Positions 17,747 through 27,566 of a DNA stretch of 64,000 bases are shown here, one piece after another; the stretch's first letter is position 1; every line of letters begins with the position of its first letter. The stretch is from the IMG/VR virus record IMGVR_UViG_3300021431_000011; one strand, given 5' to 3'. Origin of the DNA: an uncultured virus (IMG/VR IMGVR_UViG_3300021431_000011). Taxonomy: Duplodnaviria; Heunggongvirae; Uroviricota; Caudoviricetes. Both the position numbers and the translations under genes were made by a program. The notes below the pieces were generated by a model, which saw only the letters and a program-made list of their open reading frames with translations, was not told the origin of the DNA and searched no databases.

Positions 17747-18484
17747 ATGCAATATTATGATTATGAATTATATCGTATTGATAAGGATGATAATCATAAA
17801 ATTTCTAAATTACCCAATCCAGATCGTTTCACAATAGATAATGAAGTGCAACGTTTTGGTGGATCATTGACGACTATCACCCTATCATGGAATTTATCAC
17901 TTTGGAATTTGTCAATTCCTCGCTTTCTTTATACTTATCATCCTGACTATAGATATATTTTACTTCAATATAAAGATGCTGACGAATGTCTCGCATATAT
18001 GATGAAAGCCACTGCCATTAATCGAGTCAGTGATGAATGCGAAGCAACTTTTCATGCTGTTTCACCAGATATGGATATTCTCAAAGCCGTGCTAGAATAT
18101 CGAGAGAAAACCAAATATTGTAGTGGTGTACGACGTATATCAAAGGAGCGTTTCATGTTTACGAATGCTTTGGAAAATGCACTCAACTCTGCTTTTGGAT
18201 ATGGAACTACTAATACACCGCTTATTAAAGAACTTTTCTATAATGAACCGCATACTATTGTTAAGTGGAATGACGGAACTACTACTGTGGTTGGCTGTGC
18301 AGAAGGTGAAGAATTCAGTAAAGAATTGGGTCTTTCTGTTGCCATTGCTGAAAAGTATTTCGAAGTTCTAGGTTTTCCTTATCCTCGAGCAGCTCTAAAG
18401 AAGTTGGCTGAAAATGGGCATGATCAAACGGCTAAGACAAAGGCTCGTAGGGATTTTAAAGCTGCTAAAAAGGCTAAAGAATAA
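17747..18484 (+). CDS. Hypothetical phage protein
   Basis: C-terminal P.TIV.W.DGT.TVV.C...E.F..E.G motif common in phages. Confidence 0.7.
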   Translation: MQYYDYELYRIDKDDNHKISKLPNPDRFTIDNEVQRFGGSLTTITLSWNLSLWNLSIPRFLYTYHPDYRYILLQYKDADECLAYMMKATAINRVSDECEATFHAVSPDMDILKAVLEYREKTKYCSGVRRISKERFMFTNALENALNSAFGYGTTNTPLIKELFYNEPHTIVKWNDGTTTVVGCAEGEEFSKELGLSVAIAEKYFEVLGFPYPRAALKKLAENGHDQTAKTKARRDFKAAKKAKE

Positions 18485-18515
18485 TTAAATTCTTTACAGA
18501 AAAGAGCGTGATATT

Positions 18516-18806
18516 TTGGTTCAATTAGAAGATGAAGTGTATGCTAAGCTTAAAAAAGATGCCGATGACAACCGGCAAATAGTAGCAATTGTTCGATGGG
18601 TTGTAATCGCTATCATGTTTCTTAGTATATTTTTCTTCTGGGGAAAGCAAATACTCGATATGGATATTCGACGTAGACAAATGGATCTCGAATGTCAACT
18701 GGCAATTACTAAAGCCGAGAATAATGTAGAAGTTAGGAAAATTGAATCTGAAGGCATGGATTTAGATGATTATATTCTATGGCTAAATGCTCGCGAAAAG
18801 GATTAG
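18516..18806 (+). CDS. Membrane protein
   Basis: Single TM segment. Confidence 0.6.
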   Translation: MVQLEDEVYAKLKKDADDNRQIVAIVRWVVIAIMFLSIFFFWGKQILDMDIRRRQMDLECQLAITKAENNVEVRKIESEGMDLDDYILWLNAREKD

Positions 18807-18950
18807 GGTGATGGAAATTGAACAAGTTTTAATGGCAGTAATCATATGCATATTAGCATGTGCAACAACTGCCATAATTATTCAAAGTTTGTTTTTGGTT
18901 AAAATGTTGGCATTAGTATTTATATTTTTATCGTGGGGTGTGTTGCTAAT

Positions 18951-19316
18951 ATGATTAGAAAAAACGGATACTATAAACTAAACATTGATGATTTTGTTAA
19001 AATTTGCAAGCATTTCGGTTTAAATCCAAATAGCACCACAGTTCAAACTTTTCCCGGAATGGTGTTTTCGGAATATCGTTTCTATGATATTTTTACTAAT
19101 GCCGAGTTAGTATCATTTTATGATCATGATGGAATGTTTCGAACTAGAAAGAATGCTACTGATTTTTATGAAGAGCCTATTAGTAACGTTCTCGGTAAAA
19201 ATCCTGATATGCCGCCATCCGATATGATGAGTGCTATTAAGAAAAATGTTCACAAAGCACCCGCAAAGATTCGGCAAAAAATTGCTGAAACTAAACAGCA
19301 AGTAGCAGATAAGTAG
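18951..19316 (+). CDS. Hypothetical protein
   Basis: ORF in operon. Confidence 0.55.
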   Translation: MIRKNGYYKLNIDDFVKICKHFGLNPNSTTVQTFPGMVFSEYRFYDIFTNAELVSFYDHDGMFRTRKNATDFYEEPISNVLGKNPDMPPSDMMSAIKKNVHKAPAKIRQKIAETKQQVADK

Positions 19317-19432
19317 TTCGCAAAAATTACCATTCCTTTAATGAGGAGATAGGAGAGTGAAGTACGTTGAGATTATACGAGAAGCTCTCCTTTATATTTT
19401 TCCTCATTAAATAAATCTCTTGAAAGGAGAAA

Positions 19433-19843
19433 ATGATGGCAGTCGGTATTACAGTCAATTTCGAAGAGTTTATGACTAAAAAGTGGAACGAGTTTCACCC
19501 CAATGAAAAGATGCCCGAGATTGGAACTAAGGAGTTTGTTGCCTTTTGTGACGAAGTTGCGGCAGCATCTCAGCCTGTTTCGGCAACTAATTCTAATAAT
19601 ACTAAGACAACCAGCAATACAAATACTTACGAGGACGATACCCATCGCTATACAAAGGTCGATGGGAAGTATATTCGTAAGATCATTAATGACTGGATTG
19701 ATGATAATCCTGGTAAGACTATTGGATTCGTATTTCTTGCTGGGGCTATTCTTACTTGCAAAGTCTTTCAGCATATTTGCACCAGGGCAGTGTACAAGGG
19801 CAATCTGCGTACCATCAAGTATTTGATGAAGTATTCTAAGTAA
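19433..19843 (+). CDS. Membrane-associated hypothetical protein
   Basis: Promoter 19319, GAAAGGAG RBS. Confidence 0.7.
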   Translation: MMAVGITVNFEEFMTKKWNEFHPNEKMPEIGTKEFVAFCDEVAAASQPVSATNSNNTKTTSNTNTYEDDTHRYTKVDGKYIRKIINDWIDDNPGKTIGFVFLAGAILTCKVFQHICTRAVYKGNLRTIKYLMKYSK

Positions 19844-19881
19844 ATGATATTTCATAAGCTCAATAGAAAGCGAGAACTAAA

Positions 19882-20340
19882 ATGACTAAGAAGTATATTC
19901 ATTATGGTGACACTGAATTCAAACTAGACAAATTCAATCCTATCACCAATTGTGTATGCTTCAGCAAACCAGAGGGTGGATTGTGGGCAAGTCCTTGTGA
20001 CTCGGATAATAATTGGTACGAATGGTGTTTGTATAATAATTTTCGCATAGAACGTTTAGCCGATTCGTTTATATTTACTATTAAGGACAACGCTCAAATT
20101 CTGAGTATCAAAAGCCGTGATGATCTGGTTCGCCTTAAGCAAAACGGTTTGTGTTTAGATTTTAGTTCTCGGTATCCATCTGCAAGGAATGAATTCTATC
20201 TGGACTTTGAGAAACTTCTCAAATTGGGTTGCGATGCAATAGAGGTTTATATTCGGGACACTATCTATATGGATCTCTATGGATGGGATTGCGATTCTTT
20301 GTTAGTTCTTAATCCGGATTGCATCATTCCAATAAAGTAA
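19882..20340 (+). CDS. Conserved-type phage hypothetical protein
   Basis: YIHYG, KPEGGLWASP, YGWDCDS motifs. Confidence 0.7.
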   Translation: MTKKYIHYGDTEFKLDKFNPITNCVCFSKPEGGLWASPCDSDNNWYEWCLYNNFRIERLADSFIFTIKDNAQILSIKSRDDLVRLKQNGLCLDFSSRYPSARNEFYLDFEKLLKLGCDAIEVYIRDTIYMDLYGWDCDSLLVLNPDCIIPIK

Positions 20341-20624
20341 GTTTATATTTGGTGGGTGTCAGGTTTTGCACAGGAGACTGACATAAAATCCAGAAAGTGT
20401 GTTTGATATTTGGTACTACTCGATCGAGACACTATAGAACCTAGGCTATAGTGGGCTGCTAGTACCGTAGGGGCAACTGGATATTTTTGGAGCCGTATAG
20501 TATGCGAGGCGGTTGAATCCGAGGGAGATTCGTAAAATACGTCCAACTGTATGGGTTTGTACGGCATGACTAGATTGGTGGGGATCTAGTCGTTTTATAT
20601 TCTTGAACAGAAAGCGATTTGGTC

Positions 20625-20816
20625 ATGGCTATTCATAAAGATGTGGAAGCGCATTGTCCGAGATGTGATACTGATGTTCATTTCCAAATTAATATGCGAT
20701 ATGTTGACTATAATGGCATCATTCCATGTTTGAGATGTCCTAGATGCAATATTGAATGTCCGGCATACGCGTTTAATGAATTTTTAAGAACCGGAAAGAT
20801 AGTTATTGGCGTGTAG
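20625..20816 (+). CDS. Zinc-ribbon protein
   Basis: CPRC...CPRC. Confidence 0.6.
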   Translation: MAIHKDVEAHCPRCDTDVHFQINMRYVDYNGIIPCLRCPRCNIECPAYAFNEFLRTGKIVIGV

Positions 20817-20823
20817 ATAATTT

Positions 20824-20899
20824 GCGCCCTTAGCTCAGTTGGCAGAGCAGGGGACTTTTAATCCCAAGGTCATGGGTTCGAGACCCATAGGGCGCACCA
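20824..20899 (+). tRNA. tRNA-Lys(UUU)
   Basis: Full cloverleaf GCGCCCT/AGGGCGC, loop CTTTTAA, encoded CCA. Confidence 0.95.
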
Positions 20900-20910
20900 T
20901 TTATATTCTA

Positions 20911-21091
20911 AAACGGCAAGAGTAACTTTAGTTAATCTGCAGAATGAACTAAAGAGATTTCCACCGGTAGCAACGGATGGGAGAATAGGATTCCCAATAA
21001 AGTCATGCGTATTGAGATTGGCCACTCGATGAAATATTCGGTATAGCATCGTAGATAGCGCGCACTGAATTAAATCGGAATGAAGCCGTTT
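20911..21091 (+). ncRNA. Putative multibranched ncRNA
   Basis: Closing stem AAACGGC/GCCGTTT with several internal hairpins; no credible ORF. Confidence 0.45.
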
Positions 21092-21122
21092 ATATTTTAA
21101 GCTCGAGAGAAAGCGAGAAGTA

Positions 21123-21392
21123 ATGAAGGTTGTAATCAACGATTGTTTCGGTGGGTTTTCTATTAATCATGAAATCGCCAAGAAATATTTCGATGGTGAA
21201 TGGTATGAAATAGAACGAACCAATAGCACTTTGATTAATCTTATAGAATCAGGTATAAATTGTAATGACTCAGATTCAGATTTAAAAGTAGTTGTTATTC
21301 CTGATGAGGCTACTGACTGGCGTATTGTTGCAGATGATGGTGCAGAGAATGTCATTTATGTAATTGATGGCAAAATGCATTTTATTTATTAA
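21123..21392 (+). CDS. Conserved-type phage hypothetical protein
   Basis: KVVINDCFGGFS...R....LI..IE...LKVV.IPD motif. Confidence 0.7.
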   Translation: MKVVINDCFGGFSINHEIAKKYFDGEWYEIERTNSTLINLIESGINCNDSDSDLKVVVIPDEATDWRIVADDGAENVIYVIDGKMHFIY

Positions 21393-21501
21393 TGATATTT
21401 ACGGGAGACATTTATTGTCGCAATGCCTAAAGTTGTAGGGAGTTCTGGTGGGGTTAGGCATTAAAATTTAGCTTGTTATATTTTCAGAATTAGGTGATGG
21501 A

Positions 21502-21729
21502 ATGAGTAAACATGGTCACCAAGCAAATTCTGCTAGATTTTGTAGTGCGGTATTCGCATTTATGGTAAGAGATTTTGATAGTTCAAAGAACTGCCTAATT
21601 GTTGAGCCAGTGTTTATTGTTGAACCGGTACTTAATAATACTAGCAAATACGAATCTGATATTACTCGAGTAAGCGATACGATTGCTAAGTATTTGAAAG
21701 AATCGTCGGCCAAGTGTAAAAGCGATTGA
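21502..21729 (+). CDS. Hypothetical protein
   Basis: AGGTG RBS. Confidence 0.5.
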   Translation: MSKHGHQANSARFCSAVFAFMVRDFDSSKNCLIVEPVFIVEPVLNNTSKYESDITRVSDTIAKYLKESSAKCKSD

Positions 21730-21872
21730 TATTTATGGGTGAGTTCCCGCCATTGGAAGCGTTCTAGAGTAGGCTTCTAATGGATAGGTGTTAGTGCAAC
21801 TCGAATTAGTAGCGGGGCTGGGTCTACTAATAACATTATATTTTAAAAGCTCAATAGAAAGCGAGACAATAA

Positions 21873-22145
21873 ATGACGGTATATGAATGGATTATATCAA
21901 AAGCTGATATCATTGTTAAATTCGATAAATACATCGATGGTGATTATACAGAAATTTTAAAAATACGAATGGATGCTAACTGTGTATATTTTACGCATAA
22001 TGATGATCGCACATTAACGCAATTTCCAATTACCATTAGAAAACTTTTTATGAATGATCAAATTCCACATAACGATGCTACTATGATAGTTGTTCTTGAT
22101 CAAATGTATCAAGATTTAATAAATTTCTATAATAGTATGAGTTAG
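21873..22145 (+). CDS. Hypothetical protein
   Basis: AGAAAGCGAG leader. Confidence 0.6.
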   Translation: MTVYEWIISKADIIVKFDKYIDGDYTEILKIRMDANCVYFTHNDDRTLTQFPITIRKLFMNDQIPHNDATMIVVLDQMYQDLINFYNSMS

Positions 22146-22172
22146 AATAACTTATACTGGTTTGTTATATTT

Positions 22173-22253
<81 letters not shown>

Positions 22254-22292
22254 CCTATTATATTTTTTCAACTTCTCATAGAAAGTAACAAA

Positions 22293-22523
22293 ATGATTAC
22301 TATAAATATTAGCCGTGATGACGCAATTTATCTGCAAGCAATTTTGCAAAGTGATAAGAGCGAATATTGCGATGGAATTATAAGTCTTGAAGGAATTAAG
22401 CAAACAGATCCAGATAGATTAATTGGTAAAAGATTACAAACACCAAGCGAGGCTATTGAGACTACTCAAAAAGCTATTAGTGTTTTAGATCGAGTACTTG
22501 AACAATTAGCGCAAAATATTTAA
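22293..22523 (+). CDS. Hypothetical protein
   Basis: AGAAAG RBS before ATG 22293. Confidence 0.6.
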   Translation: MITINISRDDAIYLQAILQSDKSEYCDGIISLEGIKQTDPDRLIGKRLQTPSEAIETTQKAISVLDRVLEQLAQNI

Positions 22524-22536
22524 ACTAAGGAATAAA

Positions 22537-22923
22537 ATGTTTAATTATATTGTTAGAAGTTATGGCAGTAGAAACATAATTGCTACAGCAATAGACGAAC
22601 AATCTATGCATGAGTTTTCCACAACCGATCATCGGTATGGTTGGTCACTTCCTGATATTCAAGATTATTTTGAAGCGGTTAATTATGGCTGTTGCGATTT
22701 GTCTATACAGACTGGAAAATTTATATTTTACTACAACAATCAAACATGGTGTTGGCTTCAAGCAAAAAATTGGTATGATGCTGTTGAAAAATTTAGAACA
22801 ATCGCTTATGGAAGACGAGAAGATTTTAAACATGTTCGGATACATAAATTTGGATCGGTAGAAATTATTCAAACAGATCCCGATAAATTAATCGGCAAAA
22901 AATTGATTATAGACTCTTTCTGA
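22537..22923 (+). CDS. Hypothetical protein
   Basis: AAGGA RBS. Confidence 0.65.
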   Translation: MFNYIVRSYGSRNIIATAIDEQSMHEFSTTDHRYGWSLPDIQDYFEAVNYGCCDLSIQTGKFIFYYNNQTWCWLQAKNWYDAVEKFRTIAYGRREDFKHVRIHKFGSVEIIQTDPDKLIGKKLIIDSF

Positions 22924-23060
22924 GGAATAAGTGGGTAAATCGCCACAGCCATCTGATAAATGGAAAGCGTGCAACGATTTGTATGATGAGCGTATCATAT
23001 AGGCAAGGGTGGGTCTCATCATTATATTTTTAAAAATTTTAGAAAGGTATCAAGATTCTA

Positions 23061-23252
23061 ATGAATAGATTCACAAAAGCAGTGCATGCATTCAGTGTAG
23101 GGAACATAGCATACGTTTTGTTATCGAATGCTATTAAACCTATGCTCGAAAAGTACAATGATTTCTTGGTAGATATTTTGCTAGGAATTACTACATGGTT
23201 GATATGCGTATGTCTTACATATGCAGTATTGTGGGTAGATGAAAAGCTATAA
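23061..23252 (+). CDS. Small membrane protein
   Basis: GAAAGG RBS, hydrophobic. Confidence 0.55.
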   Translation: MNRFTKAVHAFSVGNIAYVLLSNAIKPMLEKYNDFLVDILLGITTWLICVCLTYAVLWVDEKL

Positions 23253-23261
23253 GGTTTGAAA

Positions 23262-23684
23262 ATGAATACTCGAAAAACTGTAAAATTTAATCCGAATGAT
23301 ATTTTAGAAAAATTGGAAAATCTAGGTGTCAAACGATCGTATTTGGGTAATCAGAGTTCTATTTACTACATCGGATATTCTAATGCGATTATTAGCAAAG
23401 CATTTAGAACTGGTATGATACATCCAGATGTCTTAGACAAAATTAAAACTCTAATTACATATTTGAGCGATCCAAGTTTGAAACGTCCAACTATTGTTAA
23501 CTTTGTGGAATTACAAACTCGTAATGATATTCTGCAAAGACAAGTGGATTCTTTAAAGAATCGAGATGCTGATAAGGTGAAAGAGCTCGCGGATATTATT
23601 AAACAAGTATCGTCCGATCTTGTAGTCTATAGTGAGCAATTTCAGCGCGCTAGTAAATTCTTGGATTATTCTATAAAGAAATAA
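23262..23684 (+). CDS. Hypothetical protein, possible degenerate HTH plus coiled coil
   Basis: S.YYIGYS...ISKA..TG.I pattern. Confidence 0.55.
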   Translation: MNTRKTVKFNPNDILEKLENLGVKRSYLGNQSSIYYIGYSNAIISKAFRTGMIHPDVLDKIKTLITYLSDPSLKRPTIVNFVELQTRNDILQRQVDSLKNRDADKVKELADIIKQVSSDLVVYSEQFQRASKFLDYSIKK

Positions 23685-23692
23685 TGATATTT

Positions 23693-23768
23693 GCCCCTGT
23701 AGCTCAGTGGATAGAGCAGAGGTCTTCTAAACCTAAGGTCGCAGGTTCAAATCCTGTCAGGGGCACCA
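23693..23768 (+). tRNA. tRNA-Arg(UCU), copy 1
   Basis: GCCCCTG/CAGGGGC, loop CTTCTAA, CCA. Confidence 0.95.
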
Positions 23769-23897
23769 TTATGTTTTAGGAGTAACCATGAACGATCTCG
23801 ATGATTTTGCTTTTTTAGAAAAAATATTTGCAATGCTTAGTTATATTCATGTATTCATATTAATTTTAAGCATGTTTGGATAAGGAACAAGAATTTA

Positions 23898-24095
23898 ATG
23901 AATAATTGGAATAAATTTTTTATAAAAGATGTATTACTTGTGTCAATTGTGTCTACCATCGGATTCGTTTACTCGATTAGTGAAATGGCTAAGCTATGGT
24001 TTAATTATATTTTTGATCCGATGCGTCTAATACTCTTAGCCATATGTTTGTTTATCGTCCTCACGATTGTATTCATATTTGCAGGAAGAGTTTAG
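23898..24095 (+). CDS. Two-TM membrane protein
   Basis: AAGGA RBS, hydrophobic. Confidence 0.55.
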   Translation: MNNWNKFFIKDVLLVSIVSTIGFVYSISEMAKLWFNYIFDPMRLILLAICLFIVLTIVFIFAGRV

Positions 24096-24112
24096 ATAGC
24101 ATGCTGATTAAT

Positions 24113-24184
24113 GGCCCTGTAGCATAACGGTTAGTGCAGCCGGCTCATAACCGGTGGATCAGAGTTCAACTCTCTGCGGGGCCA
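24113..24184 (+). tRNA. tRNA with CAU anticodon, probably Ile2 (lysidine) rather than Met
   Basis: GGCCCTG/CGGGGCC, loop CTCATAA; paired 1:72 and no GGG/CCC run (not initiator); C4 and C5 in the acceptor stem as in Ile2. Confidence 0.85.
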
Positions 24185-24214
24185 CCTATTATATTTTTCA
24201 AAGAAGGTTATCTA

Positions 24215-24406
24215 ATGATTTCAATAATAGAAGCTGATAATATCGATCAGTGGTTAAGAAAATTTCAAAAAGAACATGGTAACAAAATGGACGTAAACGA
24301 TGATATTATTTGGGATCTAGCATGTGCTCTTTGTGATGATATTCCTTTAGGTTATGAAGCATCTCATAGACTTGCTAATTGGCTATTCTGTTATTTACAT
24401 ATTTAA
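24215..24406 (+). CDS. Hypothetical protein
   Basis: GAAGG RBS. Confidence 0.5.
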   Translation: MISIIEADNIDQWLRKFQKEHGNKMDVNDDIIWDLACALCDDIPLGYEASHRLANWLFCYLHI

Positions 24407-24432
24407 AGCTCAGAAGAAAGCGAGTGTTATTT

Positions 24433-24690
24433 ATGACAGGTCAACAACTAATTGATGCAATCCAAAAGTATCATCTTGAAGATCTTGATATTTTTTCTGC
24501 CGATACAGTGATATGTTTTGGAATTGTTATTGAATTTGATAATGGTGATATTGAGCTTCCTTATCCGGAATACAAAGATTTTCATTTGGATAAACCTGCT
24601 CATATTTATAAGTATAAGGTTCTCGAAGTAGATGACGACGGTAATAGCAGATGCTATGATAAAGAACTCTATAGTAGCATACATGGTTAA
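24433..24690 (+). CDS. Hypothetical protein
   Basis: AGAAAGCGAG leader; similar to the C-terminal half of 13654..14139 (TG..LI..I...HLE). Confidence 0.6.
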   Translation: MTGQQLIDAIQKYHLEDLDIFSADTVICFGIVIEFDNGDIELPYPEYKDFHLDKPAHIYKYKVLEVDDDGNSRCYDKELYSSIHG

Positions 24691-24708
24691 CTGATATTCG
24701 TGTTTAAT

Positions 24709-24784
24709 GCCCCTGTAGCTCAGTGGATAGAGCAGAGGTCTTCTAAACCTAAGGTCGCAGGTTCAAATCCTGTCAGGGGCACCA
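24709..24784 (+). tRNA. tRNA-Arg(UCU), copy 2
   Basis: Identical to 23693..23768. Confidence 0.95.
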
Positions 24785-24802
24785 TTTATATTTGGAGAAA
24801 TT

Positions 24803-25000
24803 ATGAAAATTGGTGTAGGTGCAACAGACGGTAAGCGATACGAATTGCTACAAGAATTTCCATCCGTAAATGATGCCGTTCAGCAAATAAAAGAAGCCAA
24901 TAGAATAGCAAATGCACAAAATCCTATCGAAATACCATGCAAGAACGACTATTATATTTTTAGTCATTGTATAGTATCTGTATACCCAATACTTTATTAA
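24803..25000 (+). CDS. Hypothetical protein
   Basis: GGAG RBS. Confidence 0.55.
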   Translation: MKIGVGATDGKRYELLQEFPSVNDAVQQIKEANRIANAQNPIEIPCKNDYYIFSHCIVSVYPILY

Positions 25001-25020
25001 AACAACACAATTGGAGAAGT

Positions 25021-25398
25021 ATGAAAAAGATGGGCGTTTGTCTCTCAATTATACTTGCAATTACTATTATATTTCTAACCTTGCCTGGTTGTACTGGTTG
25101 TACTGAAGCAGAACGTAAATCAACTGAAATTAGTCGTGAAGCAGACGAATTCAAAACTCCTAGAAAGCTAACGATCATCAATACTCGTACTGACAAAATT
25201 GTTCTAGAGTTTATAGGAACATTCTCAGTTCAGTCGAGTTCTGGAGCTATTGATATTTTGTGTGCTGTTGGAAATGATAAATACGAGAAACATTTCTTCA
25301 CTCTAAATGAATGGACGATCTACGTTGTAGAAGACATCTCAAGCAATGGCGGAGATTTATATTTTCGACAAATCAAATACTATCCAGAGAATCAATAA
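25021..25398 (+). CDS. Phage lipoprotein
   Basis: Signal peptide with LPGC lipobox-like site; AD.F...R.LT.INTRTD motif. Confidence 0.7.
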   Translation: MKKMGVCLSIILAITIIFLTLPGCTGCTEAERKSTEISREADEFKTPRKLTIINTRTDKIVLEFIGTFSVQSSSGAIDILCAVGNDKYEKHFFTLNEWTIYVVEDISSNGGDLYFRQIKYYPENQ

Positions 25399-25434
25399 AT
25401 AGTTTATTGATAGACAAAATTCTTTCTTCTATGG

Positions 25435-25683
25435 ATGAATAGATGTATGAAAATCGAAATACATAATAATACTGCTATTGGTTTACTAGAATTTTCTCCA
25501 GATGTAGAAATTCCAGAAGACGTTTTGTTCCAAATATGTTTCAAACTGTACAATATTCAAATTGATATTTGGTACGACCTAGAGCAAAATATTGTATTGG
25601 CAAAAATGAAAGGATCTATAGTAAGTATGATGCAATTTAAGAAGTTTATTCTAATGAATTGGCCAAATGCATTGAAAGAATAA
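25435..25683 (+). CDS. Hypothetical protein
   Basis: ORF in operon. Confidence 0.5.
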   Translation: MNRCMKIEIHNNTAIGLLEFSPDVEIPEDVLFQICFKLYNIQIDIWYDLEQNIVLAKMKGSIVSMMQFKKFILMNWPNALKE

Positions 25684-25689
25684 ATTCCT

Positions 25690-25989
25690 ATGATAGAACG
25701 ATATATTGATCAAATAAAAACGCTTCAGAATCTTGGCTATACTACAATGGAAATAGCCAAGAAATTACACATTAATCCGACTAGTTTATATTGTTACTTT
25801 CATACTCATAGGGAATTATTCCCAAGACAAAGATCATATAGAACAGTATCCGAAGAAGAAAGTGCGGATTTTTATAAAGAATGTATTGACGAAGGGTTGA
25901 CTCAAACCGAAATAGCAAAAAAGCATAATGTTGCTCCAGAAACTGTGCACCGTCATATTTTAAAACAAATTAAGAAGCATTCGAAATGA
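25690..25989 (+). CDS. Double HTH DNA-binding protein
   Basis: GYTTMEIAKKLHIN..SL and GLTQTEIAKKHNV..ETV. Confidence 0.75.
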   Translation: MIERYIDQIKTLQNLGYTTMEIAKKLHINPTSLYCYFHTHRELFPRQRSYRTVSEEESADFYKECIDEGLTQTEIAKKHNVAPETVHRHILKQIKKHSK

Positions 25990-26582
25990 TTGACTATATT
26001 CTACCAGTCCAACAAGAAGTTAAATCAGGAGAGTCTATTATGAGTCCGATTCACAATGGCAAAGGTATGATTGTTATTGGTTATCAAGGAATTGGTAAAA
26101 GTACTCTAGCATCAAAACGAGATGGTATTATTGATCTCGAATCTAGTAATTTTAAAATCGATGGTGAACGTGATGAAAATTGGTACATTATATATTGTCG
26201 CATAGCTGTATCACTTGCTCGTCAAGGTTATATTGTTCTAATCTCATCACACGAGTGCGTCAGATCGGAACTTCGAAAGTATAATCCAGAAGACAAGTAT
26301 ACCGTTGTGATTATTTGTCCGCATTATTCTCTCAAAGATCAGTGGATACATCGTCTATATGATCGTTATATTCATGATCCATCCAATAAGAACCATGCCG
26401 CATGGAAAGATGCTGAAGCCCATTTCACCGATTCAATCCAATCAATGACTCAAGGTGCGGTATTCTCTATTATATTCTTGAATTCTATGGATTACGATCT
26501 TGGCGGACTTATTATGTCTCTTTATCGAGCTAGTCAACCCAAAACACATTTTTCGCAACGAATTCGAGAAGAAGGATGTTAG
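25986..26582 (+). CDS. P-loop NTPase/kinase
   Basis: GYQGIGKST, IDLESS; start may be 26040. Confidence 0.75.
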   Translation: MIDYILPVQQEVKSGESIMSPIHNGKGMIVIGYQGIGKSTLASKRDGIIDLESSNFKIDGERDENWYIIYCRIAVSLARQGYIVLISSHECVRSELRKYNPEDKYTVVIICPHYSLKDQWIHRLYDRYIHDPSNKNHAAWKDAEAHFTDSIQSMTQGAVFSIIFLNSMDYDLGGLIMSLYRASQPKTHFSQRIREEGC

Positions 26583-26777
26583 ATATTTTATGGATAGACC
26601 AACTTTTGAAAAATTCTATCATGCATTGATAGCTATTCAAGTTATTGTTGGTTTGGTAAATGATGAAAGTTTTAGATTTTGGATATTTCATTTTCTAATT
26701 TTTACAATATTAGCTGCCTTACTACTTATAGTATCTAACCATACAGAATAATAGCTCTTGAAAGGAGAATTATATTT

Positions 26778-26984
26778 ATGGCAATTGAAGATGTTGCATC
26801 ACGTTTTAAATTTGTTAAGATGACTGATGAGCAAAAGCGGGCATCTGAAAAGATTCGAGAAGAGGTTCTTAATCTAGCAGACATTACTGATATTTATTGT
26901 ACAGATAGTCGAGAGAAATCTTTAGCATTAACCAAACTTCAAGAGTTTATGTTCTGGGTAAATGCATGTATTTCACATAACTAA
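26778..26984 (+). CDS. Acb2/Tad1-hairpin-like small protein
   Basis: DSREKSLALTKLQEFMFWVNACI resembles the Tad1 C-terminal helix (RE.A.ALT..EEA.MW.N). Confidence 0.55.
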   Translation: MAIEDVASRFKFVKMTDEQKRASEKIREEVLNLADITDIYCTDSREKSLALTKLQEFMFWVNACISHN

Positions 26985-27029
26985 TAGTTATATTTTCATA
27001 GTCAATACTCAAAAGAAAGTGAAAAGATC

Positions 27030-27566
27030 ATGACACAGGAAGTTAAGGTTGCTATTATTGCTACAACTGGTATGGTTGCTATAGTAGGTGCACTTATTTA
27101 TTCCAATCATGCTGAAAAGGAACGTCAACTTAAAGCAAAGCAGGAAAATCAAAAGCTTGAGGCCGAGACAAAGCTCAAGAAGGCTGAGATCGAAGGGTCA
27201 TATCCTCCAGAGTATTGGATTGCCAAGAAGGCTGAGGCAGAAGCTGATGCGCAAGTTCGTCAAGCGCGCATCGAATCGGAAGAGCGTCTTAAGATAGATC
27301 AGCGCAATAGGGAAGATGCTGATAGAAAGGCTCAGAGAGAATTCGAGAAGGATGCTCCTGAGTCATATTGGCAACATAAGCGCTTTAAGGAGGAAGAGGA
27401 GACCAAGCGTAAGCAACTTGAGATTGATGATCAGCGCAGGCGTCGTCTCGAGGAGCAAGAGCGTGATATTGCTGCTAAGCAAGTCAAGTCTCTTGAAGAG
27501 GGAACCAAAGCTCTAGAGAAAGCACTTAGAACTGCTAACTACGCATCCACTATGTTTGGATATTGA
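27030..27566 (+). CDS. Membrane-anchored coiled-coil protein
   Basis: N-terminal TM, two P.EYW/PESYW repeats. Confidence 0.7.
   Translation: MTQEVKVAIIATTGMVAIVGALIYSNHAEKERQLKAKQENQKLEAETKLKKAEIEGSYPPEYWIAKKAEAEADAQVRQARIESEERLKIDQRNREDADRKAQREFEKDAPESYWQHKRFKEEEETKRKQLEIDDQRRRRLEEQERDIAAKQVKSLEEGTKALEKALRTANYASTMFGY

Noticed and set aside
23693..24784. tRNA duplication as prophage attL/attR
   Set aside because: Only ~1 kb is enclosed, there is no integrase, and both flanks are phage sequence
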